A stretch of 64,000 bases of DNA from Balanoglossus misakiensis (Eukaryota > Animalia > Hemichordata), in contig CM082585.2 in the NCBI GenBank assembly GCA_040954595.2, positions 9,536,564 to 9,600,563 on the forward strand, read 5' to 3'. Below the pieces are notes generated by a model. That model saw only the letters and a list, made by a program, of their open reading frames with translations. It had not been told where the DNA came from and searched no databases. Below, piece after piece: positions 12,552-38,200 of this stretch. Positions within the stretch are counted from its first letter, which is position 1; each line of letters begins with the position of its first letter. The position numbers and the translations under genes are program-made.

Positions 12552-14070
12552 TTAAAATTCCTCTTGTCGTTTCTTGCAAGTGTTGATGACTTCCTCTAAA
12601 CTGGCATAGTCGAGTTCCTGCACCAGTGATTGTACTGCTGACAGAATATTGGCATTCTGAAATGGAGAATAGACAAGAATGAAGACTCCATGTTATTCAG
12701 TGTCTGTTGGTGCTGGCAGTGGTAGGGCCATTGCCATTTGGGGGGGGGCAGGCAAAACATGTACAATATACATGTATTTGTACTCTGGCAAATTATGGTT
12801 CTAGGACAGTCACCCCCTGATTATTCACCCGTCGGACAATAGTATAAACAATGCAATATCCATACCCGTTGTCTGCTTGTGTGGTGGTGCCTTGTCTTCA
12901 CAGGAGAGAACTTGTCAACTGGTAGAGGCTTCAACCCAAGCTTTTCTCGGATTTTACTGAGGAGAGCAGCACACACAAACAAATTAAATTTGTAACCTAG
13001 GAATAGGTTGATGTGATCCTGAAAAAAAGCTGAAAATAACAAATGCTTCTCATACAAACTGCAACACACATGCATTTGATATTATACTGTCCCCTTCACA
13101 ATACTTACTTGGTTTCATCTAGACTAAGTTCAATAGCACTGTCCCCAGCTGCTTTCTCTGGCTTGCCTGCTTCTCGAGCTGGAGACATGGACGACGTCGG
13201 TGACTCTTGACTGTTGGGAGTTTCGTCTGCCTTGTGTTGTGGAAGTGGCAGGTCCTCTCCTTCCTCAATGGCTTGGTTGATCTCATCGGGCTGAACAGCT
13301 GCCATGGAAACGGGTCAAGAAAAGGGAGTGAACAGCGCCCTCACACAGACGAACAAAAATTTAGTTCATGAAGGTAAACCCATGAAGCCACTGTATCTCC
13401 TCTCAAAAACTTCACATCTCAACTTACCGACATTATCCAGCTTCTGTAAGTTCGGCAGCATTTTCAAGACCGTCATTCTGTAGTTCTCCCTCGTAGCACA
13501 CGGATTATCCGCCAGCCACAGCACCCGTAACTTAGTCAGTTTTTTCAAGTAATGTATCTCCGACAGGTCTTGGATGTTATTTTTCCGCACGTACAATTCT
13601 GTGACATTGGGACAGTAACCGAAATTTTCCAGTGTGCTGATGTTATTGACACTGAGGCTGATGACCTCAATGTTTGACATCTTGCGGAATATCGACACCT
13701 GTTAAAACATGCAAATTTTAAAATTCTCATGCATATTTATTCTCATTTTCAGTAACTTATCCTTGGGTATCTTTTTTCAGTTTTTCACAACTTGTAAGTG
13801 GATAAAAAATCATTTGAAAAAAGTCTACATGATATGAAACGAACAGTACTTACATCACTAAGCTCATTTCCCCTGAAAGGCAAGAAAGAAAAATAACACA
13901 TTCATTACCGGTATTTCATTGACAGGTAGACGAAAGTTAGATCAATGCAGTGACAGATACAACAGATAGAGTTAAAGAATAATTTCTTACCAGCAGTTGA
14001 GTTTCTTCACACTCTCAATGTCTGCAGCTCTGGCTCTTGCAAGAACTAAATTGGCTGTTAACTTGACCAT
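12552..14070 (-). CDS. CFAP410: Cilia- and flagella-associated protein 410 (C21orf2), LRR protein; exons 14070-13991, 13872-13854 (19-nt microexon), 13698-13428, 13298-13109, 12956-12866, 12656-12552
   Basis: MVKLTANLVLARARAADIESVKKLNCWG, LRRs, LRRcap (WLADNPC...YRMTVLKMLPNLQKLDN) and C-terminal NILSAVQSLVQELD...LEEV. All splice phases are consistent. Confidence 0.95.
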
Positions 14071-15038
14071 GATTAAGAATAACCATAAAAATCTGGGGGG
14101 GGGGGGGGGAATAATAGCAAAAGAAGTATAGGTGTTAGTGTATTACCATATGCCATCTGCACCATTTACAAATATTCATCGCCACTTATATAATCTCATG
14201 TTATAACACAGGTCACTGACAAACATGGGGTTCCCTCATTATTTTAAGGAAATATTTAAACCTTACGTTTATAAGCAGCTCTACTTCCAAAGGACAACAC
14301 AGTAATGTTGTATTCACAATGTGTGGTCGATCCAACGTCTCGTCAACAGTACCAACATCAGCGCCACCGCTCGGCGTTACAGGCGCGTGGAATAAGCGAT
14401 AATATTCAGCAATAGTCTCCAGACCTTCGACAACAGATTTCACGATCGCTGATCCACTCTGATCGCCACCACAAACCAGTTACACTCCTGTTTACAGCTC
14501 ACGTCGTCGTCAGTCATCGATCAAGTTTACGAATACCGCGTCTTCTGCTTCTTCCCACGAGAGGGCGTTTTCACTTCCGGGACCAAATTTGAACTTTCAA
14601 CTCTGACCTCTGTAGGTTTCTATGTCCCATGTCTGTTACGACCAGCTTCAGTTTGCATGTCCTTTTCTTCTGTAATGAGTTGAAAGGAATGAATAAACTG
14701 ACACAGTAATCTCTGCTGGCTAATCTTTATTGCAATTTCATGTTACAAAAGAAGAACAAGTATGTACTCTGAAAAAATCCAAGTGCTTATAAAATTATCA
14801 GCTCAACAAAATAATCACACCTAAAGTTCATGATTTCTTCTTACTATAAACACTGAAGACTTACAGTTACACAAGTATTATAGATTACACATAACTTTCC
14901 ACCCAAATTTCCACACATAATTTAGTCTTTGTTTCCAAGACTCTCAAACTCATAGTGCAAGTCTAAAACAGACCCCAAGAAGTCAAAAGTTCTAGGTTTA
15001 TTTAATGAATACTAGTAGGCCTGCACATGTTGGAGCCA

Positions 15039-17076
15039 CTATGAATGCCTAACCACCTTGTACAAGTTCAAGCTTAATTCACTATGAATAAATTTCATAA
15101 CTGTGCCAGCATTCTTGTCGACGGCAAATTCATCGTCAAAAGAAAAGTCCATGGGATCCTCAATTGTGATGTGAAAGAAAAACTGACGCTGTAATTTGAA
15201 ATTGTACTGAGCATGCTTGGCACAGAAAAATGGATGCAGTGTTGATGGCGAAATAACGTAAACCACTGTGTCATCGCGATGACCCAGGTCAGCATAGGTC
15301 ATCAGTCTGTCGATTTTCTGACTCAACACAGCCTGGTCGGCACCTCCCAAATCATGGGTTGTCACATGACTAAATGGTGCATCCTCATGGGTTGTCACAT
15401 GACTAAATGGTGCATCCTGATTGGCTGATGGCCCAGTCACATGATCTCTTTGGCCAACACCTAGCAAATGTTGTGGTGGCATGTATGTGTGATAGAAGAC
15501 AAAGTAATGTTGTGTCTGTGGGTTGCTTTTTGCCACTTCGTGCAGATAACGCATGCAGGGAATAACACCTCCCTGGTGGTAAAAACCAAAAAATAAGACG
15601 CCCAGTATATTCCACACGATCCAGGAAATCTTAAAATTAAACGATAAGTCAGTGACGTTTTTACAAAAAAGTAGAATAAGGGGCACGATGACAGGGATAA
15701 TGTAGCGGGGCTCTTGGTGCGGGATTACAGACAGAACACCAACAGGAACGATGATGGAGAGTACGAGAAACAAGTTCACTCTATCGACAAGCGAGGTCTT
15801 ATTCAACAGTTGCCTGGTTCGGTCAAACGAGAACAGAGCCGGAATGACCCACAAGAGGAGGGGCAGAAACAAGAGGGGCATGTTCAGGACAAAGTTGGTG
15901 ATGCGGGGATGGATGGGATGGTCGGACAGCTTCGACATGTCGCTGTTGTACAGCAAGAAATTCAGAGGCGTGAGAGTCAGGTTGCGGTGAATGTGCTCGG
16001 AGGTGAACGTTTTGTAGAAATAGTCAAGGTCGAAGGAAAAGATGACGTCGCTGTTCAGCGTGCCATAATAGATGGAGTCTGTCACGATACAGACGAAGCC
16101 GGTGGCTACAGAGCCAGGGATGAGTGAGAACGCACTGCTGAAACCAAAGATAAAACCATGGTGACGCACAATGGAGTAATACCAGTAGAACATCGGCCAC
16201 ATGACGAACGCTACGAAGGTCAGCCTCATGAATATTCCATAGGTAATTATCACTGATAAGAGGAACGCGTAAGTCTGGTTTCGCCCCCCTCCAGTCCTGC
16301 CCTTCGCTTTTCCCATTGACCCGGCAGATTTCAACGTCAGAAGCATGACCAAGGCGTACAGAATACACTCCGTCCCATTCGAGAACGTCCGGCAACAAAA
16401 AACCATGGTAACGTAGCTGCTGGCGAGGAAAATCAAACAACGTTCTGCATCAATACGTAGATGTCTGCACAGCTTGTACATCAGAAAATCCAAGAAGAGC
16501 GACAATGCGGTCATGAGCACTCTGGGATATACAAGCAGGGTGTACGCCGTCACTATTTTCGGAAAGAAGTCTTGAAGTTTCTTCAGAAGTAGGAAAGCGC
16601 TTCCGGATGTAGCGTAGGGAAAGATGACGTTGCGCAACGGCAGGTCTTGGGACAGCCATTCCCAGGTCTTGTGTGTTTCAAAACCAAACACAGAGCCTGG
16701 AACAAATGGAGTATTATCCGGTTAGAATCGTGTCAGCAAGAGAAAGACAGAAGAGCTGACACACAACAAACTTATTCAGTTTCTATCATTCATCATATAA
16801 GTATTTCTCCACTCTCCCTGTGGTCCAACTTTCCATAGAAAACAATGGATTTGGACTGAACCATGATGGTGATTAACAGTATCTTAAATGATTAGCGATG
16901 CCCGCTTTTTAAAAATAACCTTTTCTATAATAATTCACATTATAATTGTTGTTTTATTACTTACCGGCAGTTATTTCCGGACTTTGAAAAAATTCATCTG
17001 GATGGATGTACCCTGACTGGGGTATCAGAGTCAGAAAAAGTCGAACAGCAACTAGAGCCTGCCACAAGTTTTTCAT
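15039..17076 (-). CDS. PIGZ: GPI mannosyltransferase 4 (Smp3/PIG-Z, GT22); exons 17076-16965 and 16696-15039
   Basis: Exon 1 encodes [13 protein letters not shown]. Exon 2 encodes TWEW...[29 protein letters not shown] and many TM segments. Confidence 0.95.
15352..15417 (-). repeat. Perfect 33-bp in-frame tandem duplication inside PIGZ
   Basis: tcatgggttgtcacatgactaaatggtgcatcc occurs twice in tandem, giving [22 protein letters not shown]. Confidence 0.95.
16805..16876 (-). mobile_element. Degenerate reverse-orientation copy of the short MITE, in the PIGZ intron
   Basis: The reverse complement ttcagtccaaatccattgttttctatggaaagttggacc matches the core of the element at 25763-25847. Confidence 0.6.
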
Positions 17077-19240
17077 GCTGACTGTTTGCCAAGAACACAA
17101 TCTGAAAGAAAATTGTAGAAACTAAGAAACTAATCTATGTCGGGCGCATAAAATCGGTGATCATCGCAAAAATTAAAACGGCAGACACCAAAGTATGAGA
17201 TGAGTATGAAACATAAAGGTGAACCATCGGCCCTCAGTGTTCGATAGATAGTAGAGGGAGATGGTTCGATCGATATGGTACTCGCCTTGGGACTTTCCTG
17301 TTTTTCGTTGTTGAATCCCTGTTGTAATTTTAGTCGAAATTACCAGTATGAGTAGATGGAAGGACTATTGTGATTATAAACCACGTCTGCTTAGTGTCCC
17401 AACCTAAAACATGCGTTCATGGACACCGTAGTAGCACAACCGGGTCTAAACGCTCCGATACGGTCAATTTCAGCTTCAGATTCAGTTTCGGATTCAATGT
17501 ACATTGAAGATAGCTGTGCATTTCTAACCAGTGTATTCGAAATTCACTTCTTTTCCAAAAACATTAAAATATAAATATATTTTATTAAATAATGTGTATT
17601 TCACACAACAGTTTAAACAATTAACCAATGGCTGCACAGATGTATGAATTTTTCGAGCCGGTTTATGGTCGTTTGGTCCGTTTCAACATTTATCACAGCA
17701 CTTTCCGAATTCCGTATACCAGTGGGCAGCCATCTTGAAAAGTCGATTCACTCACATTTCATGTAACCTTCTGCAGGAACTACGTTTTTCAACTGTACAC
17801 TTATTTGAGGTTTATTTGAAGGACGACTTTGAAACTGATGCACATCTTGTATATATATATATTTTTTTGTATATGATATTAAACGCAAATATGACCGACA
17901 ACTGAAGTACGCTTCAACAAATGGGACACTCACAAAGACTTGTTTTTATCAATTTTATTCCAGAAATTAAAGTCTCTGATGCAGTACATTGAGGTTAAGA
18001 AAGACAATTACCATTCAAAAGAAGAGTTTAATGATGAAAATACAAAGACTATAATCATCTAAATTCATAAACAAAAAAAGCTTTCAATACGGCAGTTTTT
18101 TTAATCTTTTTTCCAGAAATTTTCCACTTGAATGGAAACATTCTACAAGGTCTGAAAGTGGTACCAGATTTCTCATCGTAAGTTTCAAATATGGAAAATA
18201 TTACCAGACTAAGACAAAAAGAAAGAAAGCCAAAATGGCCGGATAATGAACATGATTGTGATAGTTACTGCACTGTCCAGGGGATAACCATACTAGAAGC
18301 ACAGCCTCGGCCTCAACCGTTTTTCCGAATCCACTAATACCTGAAAACAGCCACAACACTGTATTTCTCAAAGAATTACAAACGACAGAAAGAGAATATT
18401 TACATAGTTATTTTTTCTTCCCCTTAAACTTCAGTGAAAAGGAATTCTTTAAAGCTTTCCATTCACGTACCTGCTTAAATAAAAATCAAGAACAGGTATG
18501 TGCGTTTGTCTCAGGTATAAACTCTGCATGGCTACATGGAAAACAACTCATTACAAAGATCTACCCAAGTACCAGCTACTCGCTTGGAGATGTTAGCTAA
18601 AGGAAATTGTTTCGAACTCCACACAATAAGTTTATCATGAATCACACAATGTTTTGTACGGCAGACAAATCGGTGTCCTGATAAATTGTCACATATCTTT
18701 ATTTAAGAAGTGAATCTTGAAACTCAAGAAATGACAAACTTAAATATACCCACAGATCAGAAAGGTCTCCAGTTTTATGGCATTTCCAATATAATTGATA
18801 TATGATGATTCAGTTTTGAGTGAGACAATATTTACAATGGGGTCAAAACCCAAGAAAACTACATTTCTTAGCCGAGACTTTTTTCGTCCTCAGAAATACC
18901 AATCAAGAAAGTCTTCACTTGAAAAATTGAAAGAATTTCTCAGCATTCACGACTACAAAATGACATCGTCTTCCTAATACAAAATAAGCATTCTTAAAAT
19001 CAGTTTGCCATATTCCATTGTCCTAACAAACTGATATGTTTTCTAATTGTGATGGCCACGCATCTGGTAAAACATTTCAAAATTATACGTGATGTAGCTT
19101 TCCCGACAAGCACACGTACACACTTGATATCTATCAAGACTGTCACTTAATCTGTGTTACTTTATAAAGATGCACACTGTCATCATGAGAACACATCTCG
19201 TTATGTACATAATAAGTTTATATGACTGTCTCTAGAGAGT

Positions 19241-29324
<10,084 letters not shown>

Positions 29325-29575
29325 TTATTTGACGTCACACACAGCCGTATGATGCTCGTTGATTTTCGACTTCTCCGTGCTCCGGTTATCCTGCAGTATT
29401 TCTCACAAATTTCAGTCAATCGGGTCACAAGTAACTGGCGATGGTTCTGGCTGGTGAGATATGTTAAATATCACAGCTGTAGGTTCTAACTTTGTACTTC
29501 GCCGGCTGTTTTTGACTCAACCTCCGGCACAGCGCTCGTCTTAGAGCGCTCACTGGCTCTGAAAGGGGACGGCCA

Positions 29576-29586
29576 GCTTATATAGA
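29576..29586 (-). promoter_or_regulatory. Candidate TATA box of the POLR2A promoter
   Basis: Minus strand tctatataagc about 260 nt upstream of the ATG, followed by GC-richer leader; the ATG sits in an AAGATGGCG (YY1-like) context. Confidence 0.45.
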
Positions 29587-32298
29587 CTTTTCTCTGTACG
29601 GGTTTCCGCAACTGACTTCCACGGTATATTTGCATACGCATTATAAAAACGAAAGAATCGCATGTTAAATGTTCGTGCAAAACTTAAAAACACGTGTTTT
29701 TGCGTCTGAGTTGTAACAATATATAAAACTTTACCATAAAAGAATGAAATATGGAGATTTTCAATACATCTGCTTATATTGTGACTGCTGCAGTGGCTAT
29801 TCTATGAATAAAAAATCTCCAGCAAGGGGTAAAAGTATAGGACCATTTTGTTTTATGACATGATCTTTTATTTTATTTCTTTGTAAAACAGGTTTTAATG
29901 AAAGGAGTGTTTTTTTTAGCAACTATAAAGTCATGTGGAAAGAGACAAATTCGATATTGTATAGTGTGTCAGTAAATAATCAGACAGACGCAAGGATACA
30001 TAGATTAAACTTTTCATTTTCAGTTTTATTCCTGAAATGCCAACATTGTTGATTTAATAAACTTTATCTCAACTGGTTCAACTGTTGAAAAATGGTTCTT
30101 TTATATATACATATACGATGATTCAGCAATGGTTGTTACTGAATACAGATGTCATGAGCTTTTGTGCCTTTTGAGCAAAAAAATCCAACTCTCTTAACAT
30201 ATACTGTGCACTTGCATGTGTTCATTGTCAGTCTCCAACTAGTGACTCAATATATCTCTGCATGTCCATATTTGTCAACATTTTTGCAAAGAATGTAAAA
30301 TAATTCACAATTTAAAATAAATTCATAATTTAAAACAATAACTTTTACCATGGGGAAAAGTTAAAAATACATTTCATGAAATTTCATGTCAGTATAGATA
30401 CTGTTTACAAAGATAATTTACAGGTACTGGGAATTTTTAAATTAATATTTCACAGTTTTACACTTCAGAAAGAAACAAGCTTCAGAAAGTGATATTCGAA
30501 TGGGCAGCACAAAAAAAAATTCTACATGAAAAATATAATTGTACACACAATTTGATAAAGAGCAAAGATTTAATCTTGTTTACCCCTTTGAAAAGATCTC
30601 CCATGCATCATTACTATGGTAACGTAGTAAGGCCATGTGAGTCATGAACATATCTTAATGCACATTTCCACACAAAAAAATACCCTGATAATTTTTTTGC
30701 TGTTGGACAATTTTATATTTCTTCAGGAGATTATATTAAATAAATAATAAAGTGGCAGTATTCTGGAAGACTTGCAATAAAAAATAATTTCAATAAATTT
30801 TAAATAAGAATATAGCTGCAGCCACAGTATCCTAAAATTACTCCATCAATTTCAGAGAAAATACTCACAAATTAGATGTGCATGATGCAAACATCCCTTC
30901 AGCCATGTCACAATGGTTTAACCCCCCACACTTTACAACGATTAGATCGGACCTATTTACAGAAGCAGAGGAAACTTGTCTTTCTCATTAAAGGAATGTA
31001 AAACATATCTTGGAATGCAAAAATCTTTAGAAAGGTTTGGACAACTGCAGCTACTGCAATCGTACATTAAAGATTTGAAGTTGAAGATGGAATGAAAATG
31101 GATGTGCTCGCATAGTCTAGGATCATGGCAAGGGTTATCTGAAAAATTCACATCTAGGAAAGGCAAGATTGATTTTAAAGAAAATTTACACCAAACCCTG
31201 GCAATGTTTTGGCCACCTATGGAAATGACCGAAGCTCTCCCTCTGAAGAGTTTAACTAGAACAGATCACATATTTCGTGGCAAGATTCAGTATTCAAATC
31301 AAATCTTGTAAACTGTCGTAGAATGGTTGCTATGAGCAAAAGAATCCAATGGGTAGCAACATACTGGCAATCATATTGCACTGTTAGTGGTTTGTGGAAA
31401 CTCCTGCACTATTTTTTGTAATAAATGACTGGTTATTTGGATTTCTCTTTGAACTGTTTTTATCGATGGATATTTCTTGTTTAACCCGGTCTGGACTCAA
31501 GTACATGTATAGGCAGTATGGCTGTTAACACTCACACACACACACATAAATCATTAATGCAAATTATCTATGTACAAATTAATTAATGTAAATACACGAA
31601 GAAGCAGTTGACTCACTAAGTATCAGACATAAGTTAACGGTATGCATTGAAAAGCTCTGCTGAAAAAGTACTGACCCAAATGTCAGGGCAAGGTTTGTCT
31701 GTTGCAGTGGATATAACTACAGTGACAATGAACACTTGGCAGTTAGAAAAAGACATCCAGCTTGATCACTGCTCAATCACTGATGAATTAAATTCATTTG
31801 CAGCACTACAGTAGAACATACAATCGGGGACAGAAATTGTGATATGGTCCCCAGATATTCCAAAGTCAACTATATATACATTACAATAATCATCATCATC
31901 ATCATCAAGAAATTCTGGGGAACACATAGACCTATAGGACTGTCTTCATGTTTTAATAACACTGTGACATCACCAGTGATGCAATGTTATAGTCACTTTC
32001 ATAAACAATATCTATAATTTTTCAGACACACAAAGTGACTCAGTGTGTGATTGAACCCTTGAACGGTGCAAAAACCTAAAATCATCAGATTGTATTATCT
32101 ATACAGTTTCTCTATACTATATACAATATAAGCTATATCCTTTAACATTATCTGCCTTACACTCAGATTTTTTCAACTCTGCCAAATCATGCTAAGAATA
32201 CACGAGATAGTTTAATCAGAAGCAAAAGAAATTGGCCATCGTTTCCCCCGGAGATTTTAGACAGCAAATACTGAAGAATTTGGATTTCGTGAAATTAT

Positions 32299-35200
32299 TT
32301 ACGTCGTAAAAGAGACACTGTTGCCACTGCCCTGACTTCCCATTGACGCACTTGACCTTGACGCCCGTTTGGCCAACGATTCCAAGTAACTTGCCGGCAC
32401 CCATCCTTGTTCTCGGTTGGATGTCTGCTTGACGAACCACCAGCCGTCTTTCCCGACTTTCAAGACTTCGACAATGTCTCCTTCTTTCATGGACAACTCA
32501 GTGTCTTCAATCTTGTTGTACTCTGCCAATCCAATGTACTGGTTCATTTTGATGAGCTGTTGGGAGAAAGGCATAATAATGAAACATTGCCATTACAAGC
32601 TTTATACCAGTTCTTGCTGGGTTTTTCCTGGCCATAGTTGCTCAGGGTGTTGGTAGTTAACATTAGCAAACATGCAACCATGTAGACATAACAACATAAT
32701 ATCTTACCTTTCCTGTACTGTTCCTATCACCTGCGCTGTACTCTTCATCCGTAAACTCATCCGTGGACCACCCCTCATTGTCGCTGTCTGGTCCGACAGC
32801 GCCCTCTACAGGGGGCAGAGTCGAGGCATTGGCGTTAGCTCTATCGATTGACGGACTGGTCTTATGTCTCCGCACCACATTTCCATTACCATTCGGCCCC
32901 AAGCTCTCTGATTTGGTATCCAGTAACCTAGAACATTCGATAACAAATAAACTACACTTTACCAGTGCACAACTTTTATAGATGCTGTCAGTGTCCCAGA
33001 GATTTGGTCGTCCAGCACAGCATAATAAGAATTTCCGGGTGTTTAATTTGTTACGCGTGTGATATAAAGGACCAGGATGTATGAACTATGACCTGCGACC
33101 CCAGCCTACCTTGGATTGGGTGACGATGGACGTCTGGTGTTTGCATTCTGCATATTCTGCATCACTTGGTCTGTGGTGGATTTTCTCCTCGTTGCTGAAA
33201 ATGAAATAAAAACAATCAATATTAAATAAAACCAATATCATTCTGTCATATTATAATACAAATCATACTAGTCCACTGAAGTGATCGATTAAATTGATCA
33301 ATCATTTACTGATCCAACTGATCCACTAGCAAAGCTGTTAAAGCCACTGATACCTTTTGCTACTTCAAACTGGTTCTGTAAGACTTTTCTGATTTCTCTA
33401 ACCCAATGCGTCTTCAACTCGACAGAGGGGGCCTGCAACAAAAAGCAAACAAAACAGATAATCACAGTAAATAGAGAACATTCTCCAAAGGTTTGTAGCT
33501 CATTAGAAGCATTTTTATGTCAGTTTTTGGCAGATGTTTTGGAACTAATTTTGCTTTTTACCTGGATGACGTAGACTTCAGATCTACCATGGCACCACAG
33601 TTCAAACTTCTTCTTATCTGCTTTCACGTTTTCTGTCATTCCGTATTCAGTCATCTGAAAAAAAACCAAGATTTTTAACTTGCAGAGTCCATTCAGAGAT
33701 ATTCAGCAGGTTCAACAGGAATATACATAACATAATTGACAAGGGATCAAAGCAAACACAAGAATTAATGTTCCAATGTTCAGCCAATCATCTCATACAT
33801 ACATTGAGACTGTTCTTGTAGCTGTAGGTGGTTTTATCCATGTAGCCATCACCTTCTCGTTTCTTGCAGATCAACACCGATTTCTCGTACAGGAAGAGGT
33901 GCCTCTGCATGGGCTTGAAACGCAGATCACGGATGTTGTTCTTTTTGTGTTCCACCCACACGTTGAATGAGCCCTGCATTAGTAGCTTGCCTTGTTCAGA
34001 CAGATTACCCTGGAGAATGACATGGTACAGAACATTGAGTTATTAATTCACTGAATTTTCACAATAATGTTGTGATAATGACAATAATTTCGAGAATCGG
34101 TAGACCCATTAAATTCATGCAATAATGCGATGATGTGCCTCATGATCAATCATTCTGAGATATAAACATTGATTTTCAATTCATACAATAATGTTGAGAT
34201 AACTCACCTCAAAGCCAGTTATGCTTAGTTGATGCATAGAATCATTGACATATTTAAGTACATGCAGCATAGCTTCCAGAGCTTCTTCCAGTGCTTCATA
34301 ACCCTCCTCGTTGTGAGAATATTTCAACATCTCCTGAAATTCACAGAACAATGATGTCAGCCCCGGGTTACATAAAGTCTAATCTTGTTCCTTTATGACA
34401 GCTTTTAGCTGTATATAACTGCAATTACCAGATTACAGTTTCTACATGTAGTTTATTAAATTGTGATTGTTGAGTTCTAACTTTTCTGTTACAGAAACAT
34501 ATACATGGCCTTACCTTGAGAAGTAGTTGGTATTTGGTGATCCTCTGAACTGGTTTGAGTAGATAGGCACTTAACGGTAGTCTATGCTGCAGTCTTTTCT
34601 GGCATTCCTGTGACCATAACACAACAGATTTGTTACTGCGACCAGGTGACAAAACTTGGTATAAGTAGTTGGAGAGCTATGGAGAGTACCGGACTTGTGT
34701 TCTTTAATTTAATTCTACTTTCAAGTGGCATATGATCGAATCTCTTACCTGGAAAAACTGATTATCATTTCCACATTCTCTTCTCAGAATTTCCGACTGG
34801 GGTTTATTCTGACAGTAGCAGCTGTACAACTTGTCCAGCTCATTCCTCTGTCAATTTGAGAGAAAGAAAAAACCTTAACACAGTCCACAATGCAATATCA
34901 AGTGCTGGCTACTGCAGTGTACTGTAGACACCAGATGCTGAAAACATTATACATGCATACCAAAACCATGAGAGCATCCTCATGTAAGAACTTGAATATT
35001 TTCATGGTCATTTCATATTTAGTGTAATTTCAACTTACCCTTGAGACAAAGCACCTGCCAACCAATGGCGGCGTGTCCCTGCAGTTCTCAAGGTCAATGA
35101 CAAACACGCTGTCAAGAAATCAAAATACTACATCAATTGATTCTGGCATTTGATGTGTTCAGAATGATCACAAATAATACTGCATATGGATATTATATTC

Positions 35201-38200
35201 TAAAGTTGACAGGTATCCTACATACTGGTATCTGACAGTCACTTACTTTTTGTGAAATTCGTGAATCTGGTCAAGGTTCGCGAAAAGGACGCCCTTCTTG
35301 CCTTTCAGCAGTGGAGGAATCAAATGCTCCATTTCACTGTTGTCCATCTGGTTTTCATAGCCTTCAATAATACCCAGTAATTCTTTCACGTACACTCTCT
35401 CGGTGTCTATCAATTCCTTCATGACATGCCTGTAAAACAAAAAACATGGGAGTTCATTCATTCATTCATTCATTCATTCATTCATTCATTCATTGGATCA
35501 TTCATTGGATCATTCATTGGATCATTCATTGGATCATTCATTCATTGGATCATTCATTCATTGGATCATTCATTCATTCATTCATTGGATCATTCATTGG
35601 ATCATTCATTGGATCATTCATTCATTCATTCATTGGATCATTCATTCATTCATTCATTGGATCATTGGATCATTGGATCATTCATTCATTGGATCATTCA
35701 TTCATTCATTGGATCATTCATTCATTCATTGGATCATTCATTCATTCATTGGATCATTGGATCATTCATTCATTCATTCATTCATTCATTCATTCATTCA
35801 TTCATTCATTCATTCATTCATTGGATCATTGGATCATTCATTCATTCATTCATTGGATCATTGGATCATTGGATCATTCATTGGATCATTCATTCATTGG
35901 ATCATTGGATCATCCATTGGATCATTCATTGGATCATTCATTGGATCATTCATTGGATCATTCATTCATTCGATCATTCATTGGATCATTCATTGGATCA
36001 TTCATTGGATCATTCATTCATTCATTCATTCATTCATTGGATCATTCATTCATTCATTCATTCATTCATTCATTCATTGGATCATTCATTCATTGGATCA
36101 TTCATTTATTCATTGGATCATTCATTCATTCATTGGATCATTGGATCATTCATTCATTCATTCATTCATTGGATCATTCATTCATTCATTGGATCATTCA
36201 TTCATTCATTCATTCATTGGATCATTCATTCATTCATTGGATCATTCATTCATTGGATCATTCATTCATTGGATCATTCATTCATTCATTGGATCATTCA
36301 TTCATTCATTCATTGGATCATTCATTCATTGGATCATTCATTCATTCATTCATTCATTCATTCATTCATTCATTGGATCATTGGATCATTCATTGGATCA
36401 TTCATTCATTCATTCATTCATTGGATCATTCATTGGATCATTCATTCATTGGATCGACCATTCATTCATTGGATCATTCATTCATTCATTGGATCATTCA
36501 TTCATTGGATCATTCATTCATTCATTCATTGGATCATTCATTCATTCATTCATTCATTCATTGGATCATTCATTCATTCATTCATTGGATCATTCATTCA
36601 TTGGATCATTCATTCATTGGATCATTCATTCATTCATTGGATCATTCATTCATTCATTCATTGGATCATTCATTCATTGGATCATTCATTCATTCAATCA
36701 TTCATTCATTCATTCATTGGATCATTCATTCATTCATTCAATCAATCATTCATTGGATCATTGGATCATTCATTCATTGGATCATTCATTCATTGGATCA
36801 TTCATTGGATCATTCATTCATTCATTCATTGGATCATTCATTCATTCATTCAATCATTCATTCATTGGATCATTCATTCATTCATTCATTGGATCATTCA
36901 TTCATTCATTCATTCATTCAATCATTGGATCATTCATTGGATCATTCATTCATTGGATCGATCATTCATTCATTGGATCATTCATTCATTGGATCATTCA
37001 TTCATTCATTGGATCATTCATTCAATCATTCATTCATTCATTCATTGGATCATTCATTCATTCATTCATTCATTCATTCATTGGATCATTGGATCATTCA
37101 TTGGATCATTCATTCATTCATTCATTGGATCATTCATTCATTCATTCATTGGATCATTCATTCATTCATTCATTCATTGGATCATTCATTCATTCATTCA
37201 TTCATTGGATCATTCATTCATTCATTGGATCATTCATTCATTGGATCATTCATTCATTCATTCATTGGATCATTCATTCATTCATTGGGTCATTCATTCA
37301 TTCATTCATTGGATCATTCATTCATTCATTCATTGGATCATTCATTCATTCATTGGATCATTCATTGGATCATTCATTCATTGGATCATTCATTGGATCA
37401 TTCATTCATTCATTGGATCATTGGATCATTCATTCATTCATTCATTCATTGGATCATTCATTCATTCATTCATTGGATCATTCATTCATTCATTCATTGG
37501 ATCATTCATTCATTCATTGGATCATTCATTCATTCATTCATTGGATCATTCATTCATTGGATCATTCATTCATTCATTCATTGGATTATTCATTCATTGG
37601 ATCATTCATTCATTCAATCATTCATTCATTGGATCATTCATTCATTCATTCATTCATTCATTGGATCATTCATTCATTCATTCATTGGATCATTGGATCA
37701 TTCATTCATTCATTCATTCAATCATTGGATCATTCATTCATTCATTCATTCATTGGATCATTCATTCATTCATTCATTCATTGGATCATTCATTCATTCA
37801 TTCATTGGATCATTCATTCATTCATTGGATCATTCATTCATTCATTGGATCATTCATTCATTGGATCATTCATTCATTGGATCATTCATTCATTCATTGG
37901 ATCATTCATTCAATCATTCATTCATTCATTCATTGGATCATTCATTCATTCATTCATTCATTCATTCATTCATTGGATCATTGGATCATTCATTGGATCA
38001 TTCATTCATTCATTCATTGGATCATTCATTCATTCATTCATTGGATCATTCATTCATTCATTCATTGGATCATTCATTCATTCATTCATTCATTGGATCA
38101 TTCATTCATTCATTGGATCATTCATTCATTGGATCATTCATTCATTCATTCATTGGATCATTCATTCATTCATTGGGTCATTCATTCATTCATTCATTGG

